Below are positions 9,586 to 18,859 of a stretch of 64,000 nt of DNA, in pieces. Source of the stretch: an uncultured Candidatus Saccharibacteria bacterium. GTDB lineage: Bacteria > Patescibacteriota > Minisyncoccia > Phycocordibacterales > CAIRYW01. Position 1 is the first letter of the stretch. Each line of letters starts with the position of its first letter. The DNA lies in NCBI GenBank assembly GCA_964577785.1, contig CAZOAK010000001.1, positions 22,398 through 86,397 on the forward strand. Reading direction: 5' to 3'. Below the pieces are notes generated by a model, which was not told the DNA's origin, made no database searches, and saw nothing but the letters and a program-made list of their open reading frames with translations. The position numbers and the translations under genes were made by a program.

Positions 9586-10773
9586 TTAGTTTGATGCTAC
9601 TTCACCAAGCGATTCTTCGAAAAGATTCGCTTCCCAATTTCTTCGTTTGATGAGACCGCTGACATTCTTATGACTGCCGGCGTTCACATATAAGCGAATT
9701 AGCTTGGGTGCACATTCAAGATTACCGCTGTTTAGGCGATTCTTGTAACATGCAAGCTTTTCAAGGTTACCTCCGCCAGTATTGTGACAGAAGGAAAGTA
9801 GAGCGAAACGCTGTTGAAGCGTCAGATCAACTTTCACCATATCCCGAACCATCGCATCGTAGGTAGGGATTGTTACTTCTTCCATCCATCGGTCTGCTTC
9901 ATCCTTGGTCATAGACTTCGGGAATTCCGCATCCTTTTTCAAGAATCCATAACGCTTTGCATCGGCGATTTCGCCGGGTGTTGTTCCGTATCCAACTTCG
10001 AGTACATCTGACCGAAGTTTGTCCTTGTGGACTGTGGATTCTTTGACATCACCATTATGCAGAGGTGAATTCTCAAAGGATTTGAGTTGGTCGATCCACT
10101 CGCGCGGATAACCACAAATCTCATCGTGAATTTTGATCACTTTCTCGAACTCTCGGGCGTTTTGGTAAATGCCCATGAAGAATTCTGTCACCTTCGTGAC
10201 AACCGTGATCGGCTTGGCAACAGGCAGGTTTACTGGTGTTGCTTTTGGTAATTCAAGCGTTTTCTCCTCAGTGGTTGTGACACCGCTTTTGGGGTTGTGC
10301 TTGAGTGAATACACATATCCTCCAATGCTAAACATCGAAAGAATAATGCACATTACCAATCTGCCGGTCATGACTCGATCAGTGATTTTTCCCAACTTGT
10401 TGAGGATTCTGTCCACACACAAGTCGTGAAATATCATAATGATAAAAGTCGCGACAATAACCATTTGATAATCCATCCTTTTTTCCGACTGCATCAGATT
10501 TGTATCCAATGCGAAGCCAATCAATGCGGCCAAAATGGCCTGCATCAAATAGCTATACATCACACCCCCGTAGCAACGGGCCACAAACACCACTAAGGTG
10601 TAGAGGATTGTAGCTGTGAGTGCGACGCTTGGTTTGAGCAGTGGGGTGAATGTCATTCCAGCGAATTGCTGGAGGATGACACCGATGCCGATTGAGAACA
10701 GAATCGTGCTCAGAATGAGCAGAGATTTGATCTGACGGTTCTTAACATTATCGATTTTTTTAACGTTTTTCAT
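9586..10773 (-). CDS. Multi-TM protein fused to phage-type (GH24) lysozyme
   Basis: About five TM helices, then FE...VGYG...LTLQQRFALLSFCHNTG...YVNAG...GLIKRR.WE..LF; start placed at ATG 10773 after promoter and leader. Confidence 0.8.
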   Translation of the reverse strand: MKNVKKIDNVKNRQIKSLLILSTILFSIGIGVILQQFAGMTFTPLLKPSVALTATILYTLVVFVARCYGGVMYSYLMQAILAALIGFALDTNLMQSEKRMDYQMVIVATFIIMIFHDLCVDRILNKLGKITDRVMTGRLVMCIILSMFSIGGYVYSLKHNPKSGVTTTEEKTLELPKATPVNLPVAKPITVVTKVTEFFMGIYQNAREFEKVIKIHDEICGYPREWIDQLKSFENSPLHNGDVKESTVHKDKLRSDVLEVGYGTTPGEIADAKRYGFLKKDAEFPKSMTKDEADRWMEEVTIPTYDAMVRDMVKVDLTLQQRFALLSFCHNTGGGNLEKLACYKNRLNSGNLECAPKLIRLYVNAGSHKNVSGLIKRRNWEANLFEESLGEVASN

Positions 10774-11001
10774 GACGTGTAACCTTTCTTGCTTTTTTGT
10801 TTTTCGATGAACATACCTTCTACTACATAGCAGAGGCATTCTGGCAATTGTATCATAGATTTGACATAATGTCAAACATGAGGGTAAGCTCGAAAGCTGG
10901 TTAGTTAATCAAAAAATCAAAACTATTCATAAATCTTAAATCCTAAATCTTACATCAGTTCAGCTATCCAGAACCCTAAAATAATGTTAAAGTAACGACT
11001 T

Positions 11002-12465
11002 ATGGCAAAAGCTGACAGTGTTATATCGTTTGAAAAGGCCTCGTTTGAATACGGGGTCAATAAGCCAATTCTCGACTCTGTGGATTTCACTATTCGTCGT
11101 GGGACCAAAATCACCATCATGGGTCAAAACGGTGCTGGTAAAAGCACTATTTTTCAAATAATTACAAAAGGAGTGCGTCTTGATTCAGGTAAGGTCAATA
11201 TTTCAAATCACATGACAATTGCTTTATCAAAACAAGTGATTGCTCGAGAAGATTTGGATTTAACTGTTCGAGCTTTTTTTGAAAAATGTTTTGCACAAAA
11301 AGTGTATGATATTGATCCGCGAATAGATGAAGTGTTAGAGGTTGTAAATTTAAAGGGTCATGAAAAGCTTCATGACAGAATTATTAGATCTTTTTCTGGT
11401 GGTCAACAAGCGAGATTACTTCTAGCATCGGCTCTTATTCAGAATCCTGATCTTTTGCTTCTTGATGAGCCAACAAATAATTTGGATAAAGCAGGTATTA
11501 AGCATCTAACAGATTTTCTAGTTAATTACAGAAAAACTGTTGTTGTTATTTCTCACGATGCGGAATTTTTGAATGCGTTTACTGACGGGGTTTTGTATTT
11601 AGATATTAACACTCGGAAGGTTGAGCAATATTCTGGTAACTATTTTGATGTGGTCAAAGAAATAAGTGCAAGAATAGAAAAGGAGAATAGAAAAAATGCC
11701 CAGCTCGCAAAAGAAATTCAAGACAATAAGGATAAAGCCAATTTCTTTGCTCAGAAAGGAGGACAAATGAGACTTGTAGCTAAAAGGATGCGTGACAAAG
11801 CAGAAGAATTAGAGGAAGAAAAGGTGGATGTGCGAAGAGAGGATAAAAGTATTAGACCATTTATAATTCCAGCCGAAAATGATCTATCCGGAGATATCAT
11901 AAGTATCACAGGATTTGGAATTATAGGAAAAAATCATAAACCAGTACAGAAAAAAGCAAATATAACATTACGGAAGGGTCAACATTTACTTTTAAAAGGT
12001 CCTAATGGAATTGGTAAAAGCACCCTGCTTGAATCTATCGCACAAGGTAAGGCAATGGGAGCAAAAATAAAGGATGGAACCAGAATTGGATATTACAGAC
12101 AGGATTTTTCTACTCTTGATTTTAATGCTAGCGTTTATGATTGTTTGATGTCTGCAATGGATAAAAAGGATGAACAAATAATGCGTGGGACAGCTGCAGG
12201 GTTTCTTATTACAGGAGAAATAATTAAAACAAAAGTGGGTGATCTATCAGAAGGGCAGAAGGGGTTAGTGGCATTTGCACGGCTTGTTCTAGAAAGACCA
12301 GGATTACTAATTCTCGATGAGCCAACTAACCACATAAACTTCCGACATCTTCCGGTTATTGCTGAGGCATTAAGTAAATTCCAAGGTGCCATGATTATGG
12401 TATCTCACGTACCGGAATTCGTGGCTCAAATAAAGATTGATGAGATTTTGGATTTGGAGAAATAA
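11002..12465 (+). CDS. ABC-F family ATPase
   Basis: Two ABC domains (GQNGAGKS/LLLDEPTNNLD; GPNGIGKS/LDEPTNH), no TM. Confidence 0.92.
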   Translation: MAKADSVISFEKASFEYGVNKPILDSVDFTIRRGTKITIMGQNGAGKSTIFQIITKGVRLDSGKVNISNHMTIALSKQVIAREDLDLTVRAFFEKCFAQKVYDIDPRIDEVLEVVNLKGHEKLHDRIIRSFSGGQQARLLLASALIQNPDLLLLDEPTNNLDKAGIKHLTDFLVNYRKTVVVISHDAEFLNAFTDGVLYLDINTRKVEQYSGNYFDVVKEISARIEKENRKNAQLAKEIQDNKDKANFFAQKGGQMRLVAKRMRDKAEELEEEKVDVRREDKSIRPFIIPAENDLSGDIISITGFGIIGKNHKPVQKKANITLRKGQHLLLKGPNGIGKSTLLESIAQGKAMGAKIKDGTRIGYYRQDFSTLDFNASVYDCLMSAMDKKDEQIMRGTAAGFLITGEIIKTKVGDLSEGQKGLVAFARLVLERPGLLILDEPTNHINFRHLPVIAEALSKFQGAMIMVSHVPEFVAQIKIDEILDLEK

Positions 12466-12504
12466 AGAGTTTGTCATTTTTATAATGAAATATATAATTA
12501 AAGT

Positions 12505-13518
12505 ATGAATGGGTTATTAGATAGTAAGCTATTGGATCAAACTCCCGAGGAGAAAATTTTTCACGAAATTGAAAAAACTTTGGAAGTTATAACTGAATCA
12601 AAGACTGCATCACCTGCAATAAAACTTGCACTATATAATTTTTTTAAACAGAATCCGGATTACAAGACTGAGGATTTGGATAGAGAGATTGCCAAACTGG
12701 ATGAATTGGCAATGAAGGAGGAATCGTATAAAAACAACAATAAGGTTCCAACTGTTGGGACAGAACTTGAGTTTCCAATTGAGTGGATTACAAAAAATGA
12801 ATCTGATACTCTGACAATCTTGGGAGTTAAAAATGAACCAGAGCCACAGTATGACCATCTTCATGAAGTCAATCAACATTTTTCATACAGCTCAGAGACT
12901 CAGGCAAGAGTTATTGAAGAACTAAAAAAAGCTAGAATTATTAGAGTAAGTGATGACCAGAGTTTATCTCTTCATGTTAATTTTGGTGTTCCTAAAAATT
13001 TAATCAGTCGTGAGGATTTCCAGGATGTAACTAACCTTGCTGATTTTTTTGTTAATGTATCAACAATTACATATGCTTCTGTGCAACGAATAGATACTCG
13101 CAAATCTGCCAATACATTTATTGCACATGCAACTGATGTAGAGAAAAACGAAAAAACAGGTAATCTTAGATTTGAAATTAAAACATTAGGATTTGAAAAT
13201 CTTGTTGCTTATAGAGCTGTAGAAGAATTACAAATGATTTGTGCAGCATACTTCGCATCTATAAAGAAAAAGTATGATTCAGGTCAGTGTGATGGCGAAG
13301 ATAATAAATTGCAAACCATTTGGGATGAGTTTGTGGATGAATTTATCCAATTAATTGATAAATATCACCCTAGAGGGGATTCACCGATTGGTATATATTC
13401 AAATTATGGGCAGTGCGTTTTATTACTGAAAGAACACCCTGAAATAAATGAGGAGGCCAGACTTATTTTCAGTAAATACGCGAGGGAGGTCAAAAGTCTA
13501 CTCTTTGGAGATAAATAA
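12505..13518 (+). CDS. Hypothetical protein, possibly carboxylate-amine ligase fold
   Basis: GTELEF...LHVNFG...RFEIK pattern; weak. Confidence 0.5.
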   Translation: MNGLLDSKLLDQTPEEKIFHEIEKTLEVITESKTASPAIKLALYNFFKQNPDYKTEDLDREIAKLDELAMKEESYKNNNKVPTVGTELEFPIEWITKNESDTLTILGVKNEPEPQYDHLHEVNQHFSYSSETQARVIEELKKARIIRVSDDQSLSLHVNFGVPKNLISREDFQDVTNLADFFVNVSTITYASVQRIDTRKSANTFIAHATDVEKNEKTGNLRFEIKTLGFENLVAYRAVEELQMICAAYFASIKKKYDSGQCDGEDNKLQTIWDEFVDEFIQLIDKYHPRGDSPIGIYSNYGQCVLLLKEHPEINEEARLIFSKYAREVKSLLFGDK

Positions 13519-13569
13519 AAATACCCTCAAGCCGAAGCTTTTGGGTATAGAAAATTGAGATCCTGAAAT

Positions 13570-13968
13570 CTAGAAGATGCGGATTTGGCTCAGTCCAGTT
13601 TTTTCCACCTTTTTTCGTGCGAGTATTTCAAGAGTTCTCCGGGTAACCTTTGCTTTAGGTGCAAGAGTGTTTGTGACAATCTTCACGGACAAATCAAAGC
13701 TTTGGTGGGCAATAATGAATGTCACTGCCTGATCGTCTAGATCCAATGTAATCTGAGGTGACTTATAGATGAATCGCCCAATACGGATTACTTTGCTTTT
13801 CGATTCATCCAACTCCAACCTTGCGGTCTTCTTGTCATTGGTCGGGAGACTGCATTGAACGATTTCATCATTGCTGTCTAGAACCGTAATGCAGATCACC
13901 TGGAACCTGCTCAGCACTTTGGGGTCCTTTTTAGCTTTCTTCCTTTTCCAATTTTTCCTTTTAGCCAT
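13570..13968 (-). CDS. Orphan basic protein (guest class)
   Basis: Start MAKRKNWKRKKAKK after leader caaaccaacaacccag; promoter ttgatt-17-tatagt at 14149-14121. Confidence 0.6.
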   Translation of the reverse strand: MAKRKNWKRKKAKKDPKVLSRFQVICITVLDSNDEIVQCSLPTNDKKTARLELDESKSKVIRIGRFIYKSPQITLDLDDQAVTFIIAHQSFDLSVKIVTNTLAPKAKVTRRTLEILARKKVEKTGLSQIRIF

Positions 13969-14159
13969 AATTTTCTGGGTTGTTGGTTTGATAGGGAATG
14001 AGGGTAAATATTCTATCCTTAAAAACACATTATAAATGTTCTTAAGGATAGAATATTTAAGGAATCGAATTCGTCACAAACTACTGCAGAAAGTCTCTTT
14101 AAAGGTACATGTTCAGACGAACTATACATTAGTGTTTTGTATTAATCAAACAAAATCTC

Positions 14160-14188
14160 TTGCATATCGAACAATCGTTCGATATAAT
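14160..14188 (+). promoter_or_regulatory. Promoter with LexA (Cheo-type) operator in the spacer
   Basis: ttgcat-17-tataat enclosing CGAAC-AATC-GTTCG (14168-14181). Confidence 0.85.
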
Positions 14189-14194
14189 TGGAGT

Positions 14195-14809
14195 ATGAAA
14201 AAGAAAGGGAAACCATTCACATTCTATATATCTGCAATTGAAGCCTTTTATACCAAGCATCGAAGGATGCCTTCTTATGAAGAATCTGCCAAAATATTTG
14301 GATTTAAATCTAAAGATTCGGCATTTAGAATTATTAAGCAAATGATTCTAAAAGGAAATTTAGATAAAGATAAGAATGGTAAACTCATACCAATAAAATC
14401 TAAAGTATTTAAAACAAAACCTCAGAGTATTAATGAAGGATTGGCACTCCTTGGTCTTGTGGAGGCAGGATTTCCAACGCCAGCGGAAGAAAACAATCTA
14501 GATAGAATTACACTCGATGAGTGGCTTATAGATGACAGAGATTCATCATTTATGCTCAAAGTTAAGGGTGAATCTATGCAGGACGCTGGTATACATGCCG
14601 GTGATTTCGTTATCGTAGAAAGAACTAATGTTCCAAAGGTTGGTGCAATAATTATCGCAGAAGTTGACCACGAGTGGACCATTAAATATTTACGCAAAGA
14701 TTCTAAAGGATATTATCTAGAACCAGCTAATCCAAATTTTAAAATAATTCGTCCAAAAGAAGATTTGAAAATAAGTGCCATAGTTAAGGCTGTTATCAGG
14801 AAGTATTAA
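14195..14809 (+). CDS. lexA: LexA-family repressor/S24 peptidase
   Basis: N-terminal wHTH (PSYEESAKIFGFKS), Ala-Gly cleavage site VEAGFP, GESM Ser and TIKY Lys. Confidence 0.85.
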   Translation: MKKKGKPFTFYISAIEAFYTKHRRMPSYEESAKIFGFKSKDSAFRIIKQMILKGNLDKDKNGKLIPIKSKVFKTKPQSINEGLALLGLVEAGFPTPAEENNLDRITLDEWLIDDRDSSFMLKVKGESMQDAGIHAGDFVIVERTNVPKVGAIIIAEVDHEWTIKYLRKDSKGYYLEPANPNFKIIRPKEDLKISAIVKAVIRKY

Positions 14810-14999
14810 TCCGTCCCGTTCGAAATCCTTCAGTTGAACAGAGTTACATATTCAAATTAAGCAAAAGCATGATAATCAGTTTAGATTTAAATATACTACG
14901 GAAGCGCTTAACTTTATTGCAAAACAAGCTAGAGATTAACGATTTATTAATTATTAAATAATATTGGGACGGCGGTAAGCGCTTCCTATTTCGAACGGG

Positions 15000-16253
15000 A
15001 TGAGGAATTACATTATTCACATTGATGGTGATGCATACTTTGCATCATGTGAAGTAGCTAGACGGCCTGATCTTTTTGGTCAGCCTGTTGTTGTAGGTGA
15101 AGAAAAAGGTATTGCATGTGCTATGACCTACGAGGCCAAGGCGCTTGGTGTTTATCGTGGAATGCCGGTGTTTAAGATACGACAAGAATTTCCACAAGTG
15201 ACCGTAATATCATCGCATTTTGAACTCTATCATGAGTATAATAATAAATTGGTAGAGATTCTCAAACAATATTTACCAAAGGTAGAAAGATATAGTGTGG
15301 ATGAATGTTTCGCCGTAACTCCTAAAATGGATGAAGAAAATATTCAACCATTTGTAGAAATGCTAAAAAATAAAGTTCAAACTTCGCTTGGGATTACTTT
15401 TTCTTTTGGAGTTGCTACTACCAAAACTTTGGCTAAAATCGCCTCAAAAAAGGACAAACCAGATGGGCTAGTGGTACTCTTACATCCTAATTTCATAGAA
15501 AAAACTCTCACAGAGACTCCTGTGGCTTCGATTTGGGGTGTTGGTAGACAAACTAGTGCTAAACTAATTGGAATAAATATTCTGACTGCTAAACAATTTA
15601 TTGATGTACCTAAGGACCAAATCCTTTCTTTATTTTCTGAACCGGTATTTAATACTCACGAGGAATTACTTGGAAATAAAATATTTGATGTTAGTGATAC
15701 ATATGAACCGCAGAAAAGTGTCCAAGCCACTAGATCAATGGATAAATCAACCTCATCCGAAAATGTTCTTTGGAGTGAATTATCTAGGAATGTTGAAATG
15801 GCTTGTGAGGATATTAGAAGGATGAATCTTTTGGCCGGCTCTGTAGGATTCTTTTATAAAAAAGCTGTGACAAAGTATCGAGTGTCTCATGCTTTTAAAT
15901 TATCTTTACATTCTGATGATCCGACAATGATCTTAAAAGAAATAAAAATCTTTCTGTCCAAGGTCTATGAAAAAAATGAGCGCTACAAGGGGACTGGTGT
16001 CAGTCTTTATGATTTAAGGTCCAAAGACATGGTCACAAATGACCTTTTTGGCGAAAGTAGGTGTATGGATATATCCTCTAATTTGCGATTAAAGGCCGTC
16101 GATGGATTAAACCGAAAATTTGGAAAATGGACAATTATGCATGCGTCGAGTTTGAACTCTGTTTTGAGAAGAAATAAAGAAGGGGAAGAAAGAAATAAAA
16201 AAGATAATTTTATTTATGGTTTGCCATTACCGTATATGGGTGAAGTTAACTAG
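15000..16253 (+). CDS. Y-family DNA polymerase (DinB/UmuC-like)
   Basis: HIDGDAYFASCE, YEAKALGV, YSVDE, TKTLAKIAS..KPDG. Confidence 0.93.
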   Translation: MRNYIIHIDGDAYFASCEVARRPDLFGQPVVVGEEKGIACAMTYEAKALGVYRGMPVFKIRQEFPQVTVISSHFELYHEYNNKLVEILKQYLPKVERYSVDECFAVTPKMDEENIQPFVEMLKNKVQTSLGITFSFGVATTKTLAKIASKKDKPDGLVVLLHPNFIEKTLTETPVASIWGVGRQTSAKLIGINILTAKQFIDVPKDQILSLFSEPVFNTHEELLGNKIFDVSDTYEPQKSVQATRSMDKSTSSENVLWSELSRNVEMACEDIRRMNLLAGSVGFFYKKAVTKYRVSHAFKLSLHSDDPTMILKEIKIFLSKVYEKNERYKGTGVSLYDLRSKDMVTNDLFGESRCMDISSNLRLKAVDGLNRKFGKWTIMHASSLNSVLRRNKEGEERNKKDNFIYGLPLPYMGEVN

Positions 16254-16510
16254 CCAAAATTTTAAAATTTGTAAGGGGAAGTGCTTCCTTAAAGTCCCTA
16301 TAGTATTATTACCGAAAAGATATATTGTGCGACATGCATACAATCGGAAGGACCTGTATTCCCGACCGCTAAACATCATTAAAATTTTGGACTTGGTTAG
16401 AACTATATAATTATTTATATAAAGATTTAAGTATTCAATTATTTAAGAATAAGAAATAAAAAACTGTCCGCACTTTTTACAAAGCGGGACAGGTACGAAT
16501 TCCGGGATGA

Positions 16511-16804
16511 TCAGATGACTGTGATGGCTACACCGCTCAATGGATTTGGTGAGCCAAATCCCCTGTTGCTAGGTATGAGCGAATCAGCAATGGGTTGTTC
16601 GGATTGGGCACACACCTCATGGGAGAAAAAAGGTGTCTTTTCAACCCAGAAATTCGGATGCACTGATGATGGTTCGAATGGGATTTGTTGCCTGTAGTGT
16701 GTCTGACAGTCAGCACCTTTAAGGCAGGTGCCGTCATGCGAGTCGATTGGGCCACCGCAATGGGGGCATTCTTCATTCTTTGGATCAGGGAGTGAACAGC
16801 ACAT
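16511..16804 (-). CDS. Orphan Cys-rich (CPHC) small protein (guest class)
   Basis: MCCSLP...CPHCGG...C..C; promoter tagaca-17-taacat, boxA tgctctttgaa 16891-16881, CA-rich leader. Confidence 0.55.
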   Translation of the reverse strand: MCCSLPDPKNEECPHCGGPIDSHDGTCLKGADCQTHYRQQIPFEPSSVHPNFWVEKTPFFSHEVCAQSEQPIADSLIPSNRGFGSPNPLSGVAITVI

Positions 16805-16974
16805 GGTATTACTTTTTCTTTGGCTTGTTGTTGGTTGCGTTGTTTTTGGAGTCAATCCTACCCTTCTCATTCCACTGGAATTCAAAGAGCAGGTTATCCA
16901 GATAATGTTACAACTGGGTTTAGGTTTTGTCTATAGTAGTTATGAACAGCGAGTTTGTCTGGTATAATCTATAA

Positions 16975-18060
16975 ATGCAAGACATATCTAAATGGGAATT
17001 TCATACTGACTCAAAGCAGGCCTGGGACGCTATGCTTCTTGATATTTCTACCGCCAAAGAAAGCATTGATCTAGAGCAATTTATTCTCGGGTATGATGCT
17101 ATTGGAATAAAGTTCCTTGATGCGCTAAAAGCCAAATCTCTGGTCGGAGTAAAGGTTCGAATCTTTTGTGATGAAGTAGGAAGTCTTTCTTTACGTAGAT
17201 CAGGTATTGCTACTTCCCTTTCTGAAGCTGGGATAGAAATAAAGTTTTTTAATTCTGTAATACCTTGGAGTCCAAATAAGGAAAGTTTATGGTTTTTTCG
17301 TGATCACAAAAAACTTTTAATAATTGATAAAAAGATTGGGTTTACTGGAGGTGTCTGTTTAGGTGATGAAATGCGTGATTGGAGAGAAAGCTCTGTTAGA
17401 ATCGAGGGACCTGTGGTTGCTCAGATGACAGAATCTTTTGACGTTATGTGGAATAAGAAGTATCACGAGTTTAAGTTTTATTTTAAGAAAAAAAATAAAA
17501 ATTTAACACAAAACTACAGCTTTAATTATATTACTAATGCTCCCTTGCCTCGAAAAAGATATATGTACAGGGAGCTTATTAGAGCAATTAAAAGTGCCAA
17601 ACATTATATTTATCTTACGACCCCTTATCTACTCCCAGACTCTCGCCTACTTAGAAACATAAAAAGAGCAGCTCGAAGTGGTGTTATGGTACGTATTCTT
17701 GTTCCGATGAATACAAACAGTCGTCTAGTTAATGTTGGATCTGGGACCTTCTTTGACGATATGCTCGAGGCTGGGATTCAAATATTTAGATACAATGGAG
17801 CAATGATTCATTCTAAAACCGGTGTGATAGATGGAGTGTGGTCTACGATTGGGAGTCTTAATCTAGATAACCTGAGTCTCAGATATAATTTTGAGGGTAA
17901 TATTGTGTCGACTGATAAGAGTTTTGCTTTTGAGCTTGAAAGGCAGTTTCTCGATGATTTAAAGATTTCTACTAGATTAACTAAGGAGGAATGGAATAAG
18001 CGGGGCTTGATCAGAAGAATATTTGAGATTCTGATTTGGCCGCTTAGGAAACTGCTTTAA
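16975..18060 (+). CDS. cls: Cardiolipin synthase-like phospholipase D
   Basis: Two HKD motifs: HKKLLIID and HSKTGVID...GSLNLD. Confidence 0.9.
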   Translation: MQDISKWEFHTDSKQAWDAMLLDISTAKESIDLEQFILGYDAIGIKFLDALKAKSLVGVKVRIFCDEVGSLSLRRSGIATSLSEAGIEIKFFNSVIPWSPNKESLWFFRDHKKLLIIDKKIGFTGGVCLGDEMRDWRESSVRIEGPVVAQMTESFDVMWNKKYHEFKFYFKKKNKNLTQNYSFNYITNAPLPRKRYMYRELIRAIKSAKHYIYLTTPYLLPDSRLLRNIKRAARSGVMVRILVPMNTNSRLVNVGSGTFFDDMLEAGIQIFRYNGAMIHSKTGVIDGVWSTIGSLNLDNLSLRYNFEGNIVSTDKSFAFELERQFLDDLKISTRLTKEEWNKRGLIRRIFEILIWPLRKLL

Positions 18061-18106
18061 AATACAGGTGGTAAGTTGGTTAGCTAGTTAGGTTGCAAGG
18101 AAAAAC

Positions 18107-18139
18107 AAACAGCACCGCGGCTTTGCCGCGGTGCTGTTT
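18107..18139. terminator. Repeated bidirectional terminator, copy 1
   Basis: aaacagcaccgcggctttgccgcggtgctgttt; identical at 21766-21798, variant at 28802-28834. Confidence 0.85.
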
Positions 18140-18185
18140 TTGAGTTTAAAAGCTTCTAAGCTCTAAGCTTATTCCTTTCTAAGCT

Positions 18186-18608
18186 TTATTTAGTATTCAA
18201 CGCAACTTCTGTTGATCTCCAACAAGGGCTAGATGAGTTCCACGGTACTGTACCTTCTCTGTCATAAAGATATTTAGCATAAGCTAAGTTACCTTCTAGA
18301 GTCATGATATCCATACCAAGCTTTTGTGATGTTTTCAGGTGATAGTAGGTGTTAACCTGCATCACTCCTACGTCATCATTGTTCACTTTTCCTCGAAAGA
18401 CAGTTACTCCGTCTTTTTCGAATTGTCGGTTCCTTGATTCGCACCAAGCAACTTTCGCCATTATAGGATCATTCTTGAAATACTCCTTAACCATTTCCTC
18501 GACTGATTTCGGTACTTTAACAACAGGAGTTGATGCTAAAATATTCACACTTGTTGATGCCGTGGCATCGATAGGATTGGTGTTTGGTATCATAAAAGAT
18601 GAAGCCAT
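18186..18608 (-). CDS. Lytic transglycosylase (SLT/lysozyme-like) domain protein
   Basis: VAWCES, DVGVMQVN, GNLAYAKYLY..G..PW..S..CW. Confidence 0.75.
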   Translation of the reverse strand: MASSFMIPNTNPIDATASTSVNILASTPVVKVPKSVEEMVKEYFKNDPIMAKVAWCESRNRQFEKDGVTVFRGKVNNDDVGVMQVNTYYHLKTSQKLGMDIMTLEGNLAYAKYLYDREGTVPWNSSSPCWRSTEVALNTK

Positions 18609-18859
18609 AAGACCAATACCTGCTAAGAAACTAACGATAAGCTATTTTATTATATTTTAATTCTGGAATGCAGACCTGTTCTGGAGGTGTCGGTATAAAA
18701 ACAAAAAATCAGTGACTACTGATTTATGCTTAATATACTAGCACATCTTGGCCATAAAGTCAACTTAAACCATTGATTTTTGAACCTGTAAAGCTTTAAA
18801 ATATGTTGTAAAATAAGGGCATTTTGGAATCGTACAATTGACAAAATACGAGCTTTATT

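Noticed and set aside
14036-14194. Identical N-termini MFLRIEYL on two divergent ORFs
   Set aside because: Artefact of the inverted repeat; likely starts are 13968 and 14195
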